Positions 62,292 through 62,450 of a stretch of 62,450 nt of DNA are shown here, one piece after another. How positions within the stretch are numbered: the stretch's first letter is position 1; the number at the start of each line of letters is the position of its first letter. The DNA is taken from positions 1 to 62,450 of the forward strand of contig CAYTTZ010000001.1 of NCBI GenBank assembly GCA_964440945.1. The letters run 5' to 3'. This stretch comes from an uncultured Woeseiaceae bacterium (GTDB lineage: Bacteria; Pseudomonadota; Gammaproteobacteria; Steroidobacterales; Woeseiaceae). The position numbers and the translations under genes were made by a program. Under the pieces are notes generated by a model, which was not told the DNA's origin, did no database searches, and saw only the letters and a list, made by a program, of their open reading frames with translations.

Positions 62292-62450
62292 ATGCCAGGA
62301 GGGGCCGTTCAGATGCTGTATTTACCGTATTGGAAAGGGCTGCTATTGACCAAAGCGGCCGCTCGTCAAACGACAACTTTCGTCAGGTCGGCTTGGCGCT
62401 GCACGGCTACCACACGGCACACGAGTGCTTCCCGCCCGGAATGCTCCACT
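62292..62450 (+). CDS. partial ORF with DUF1559-type (planctomycete H-X9-DG family) N-proximal signature; runs off the window
   Basis: Hand translation of the frame containing 62400: MPGGAVQMLYLPYWKGPAIDQSGRSSNDNFRQVGLALHGYHTAHECFPPGMLH. Remembered DUF1559 consensus: LLLPAVQ.AREAARR..C.NNLKQIGLALHNYH..H..FPPG. The spacing from LxLP to NxxxQ is identical. No intact prepilin helix lies upstream in this frame. Confidence 0.3.
   Translation, partial: MPGGAVQMLYLPYWKGLLLTKAAARQTTTFVRSAWRCTATTRHTSASRPECST

Overview
This GC-rich window looks like ordinary chromosome from a gammaproteobacterium, probably a marine heterotroph. Several products align closely, by eye, with E. coli YbiT, DbpA, FadH, YnbE, YdbL and MepK. 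I support about 47 protein genes, 2 decayed genes and 3 intrinsic terminators. I found no rRNA, tRNA, CRISPR array, transposase, integrase or phage gene.

Gene content, left to right:
- a PEP/pyruvate node (pyruvate kinase-like gene, PPDK) with OmpW
- a large hybrid sensor kinase and an NhaC-type antiporter
- an envelope block (ldtD/mepK, then ydbH-ynbE-ydbL) and deaD
- a translationally coupled operon of two sensor kinases and two atypical response regulators
- an acylglycerol block (HAD-PlsC fusion, PlsB-like GPAT, WS/DGAT, DUF3336-patatin lipase)
- a GAF/degenerate-GGDEF protein and an RND efflux pair
- a gene interrupted by one amber codon, then AmpG-like MFS, SDR and M20 peptidase
- a DUF4397 lipoprotein, ybiT, dbpA, an M1 aminopeptidase and DPP-IV
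- HiPIP, an exonuclease remnant, an SGNH hydrolase, a small Trp-rich protein and RssA-like patatin
- FMN reductase, cytochrome c', a diheme cytochrome c, SDR, DUF2177, fadH and an MDR oxidoreductase
- a truncated DUF1559-like ORF at the right edge

I see no hallmark of a defence or mobile island. The best candidates for under-described biology are:
1. the acyltransferase/phosphatase/lipase block, which could be a complete TAG or wax-ester pathway
2. the MHYT-kinase / paralogous kinase / REC-HDOD / REC-degenerate-HD-GYP operon
3. the physical linkage of ldtD-mepK to ydbH-ynbE-ydbL
4. the planctomycete-type DUF1559 signature at the contig edge

All family calls come from motif recognition by eye. 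No database search was run.
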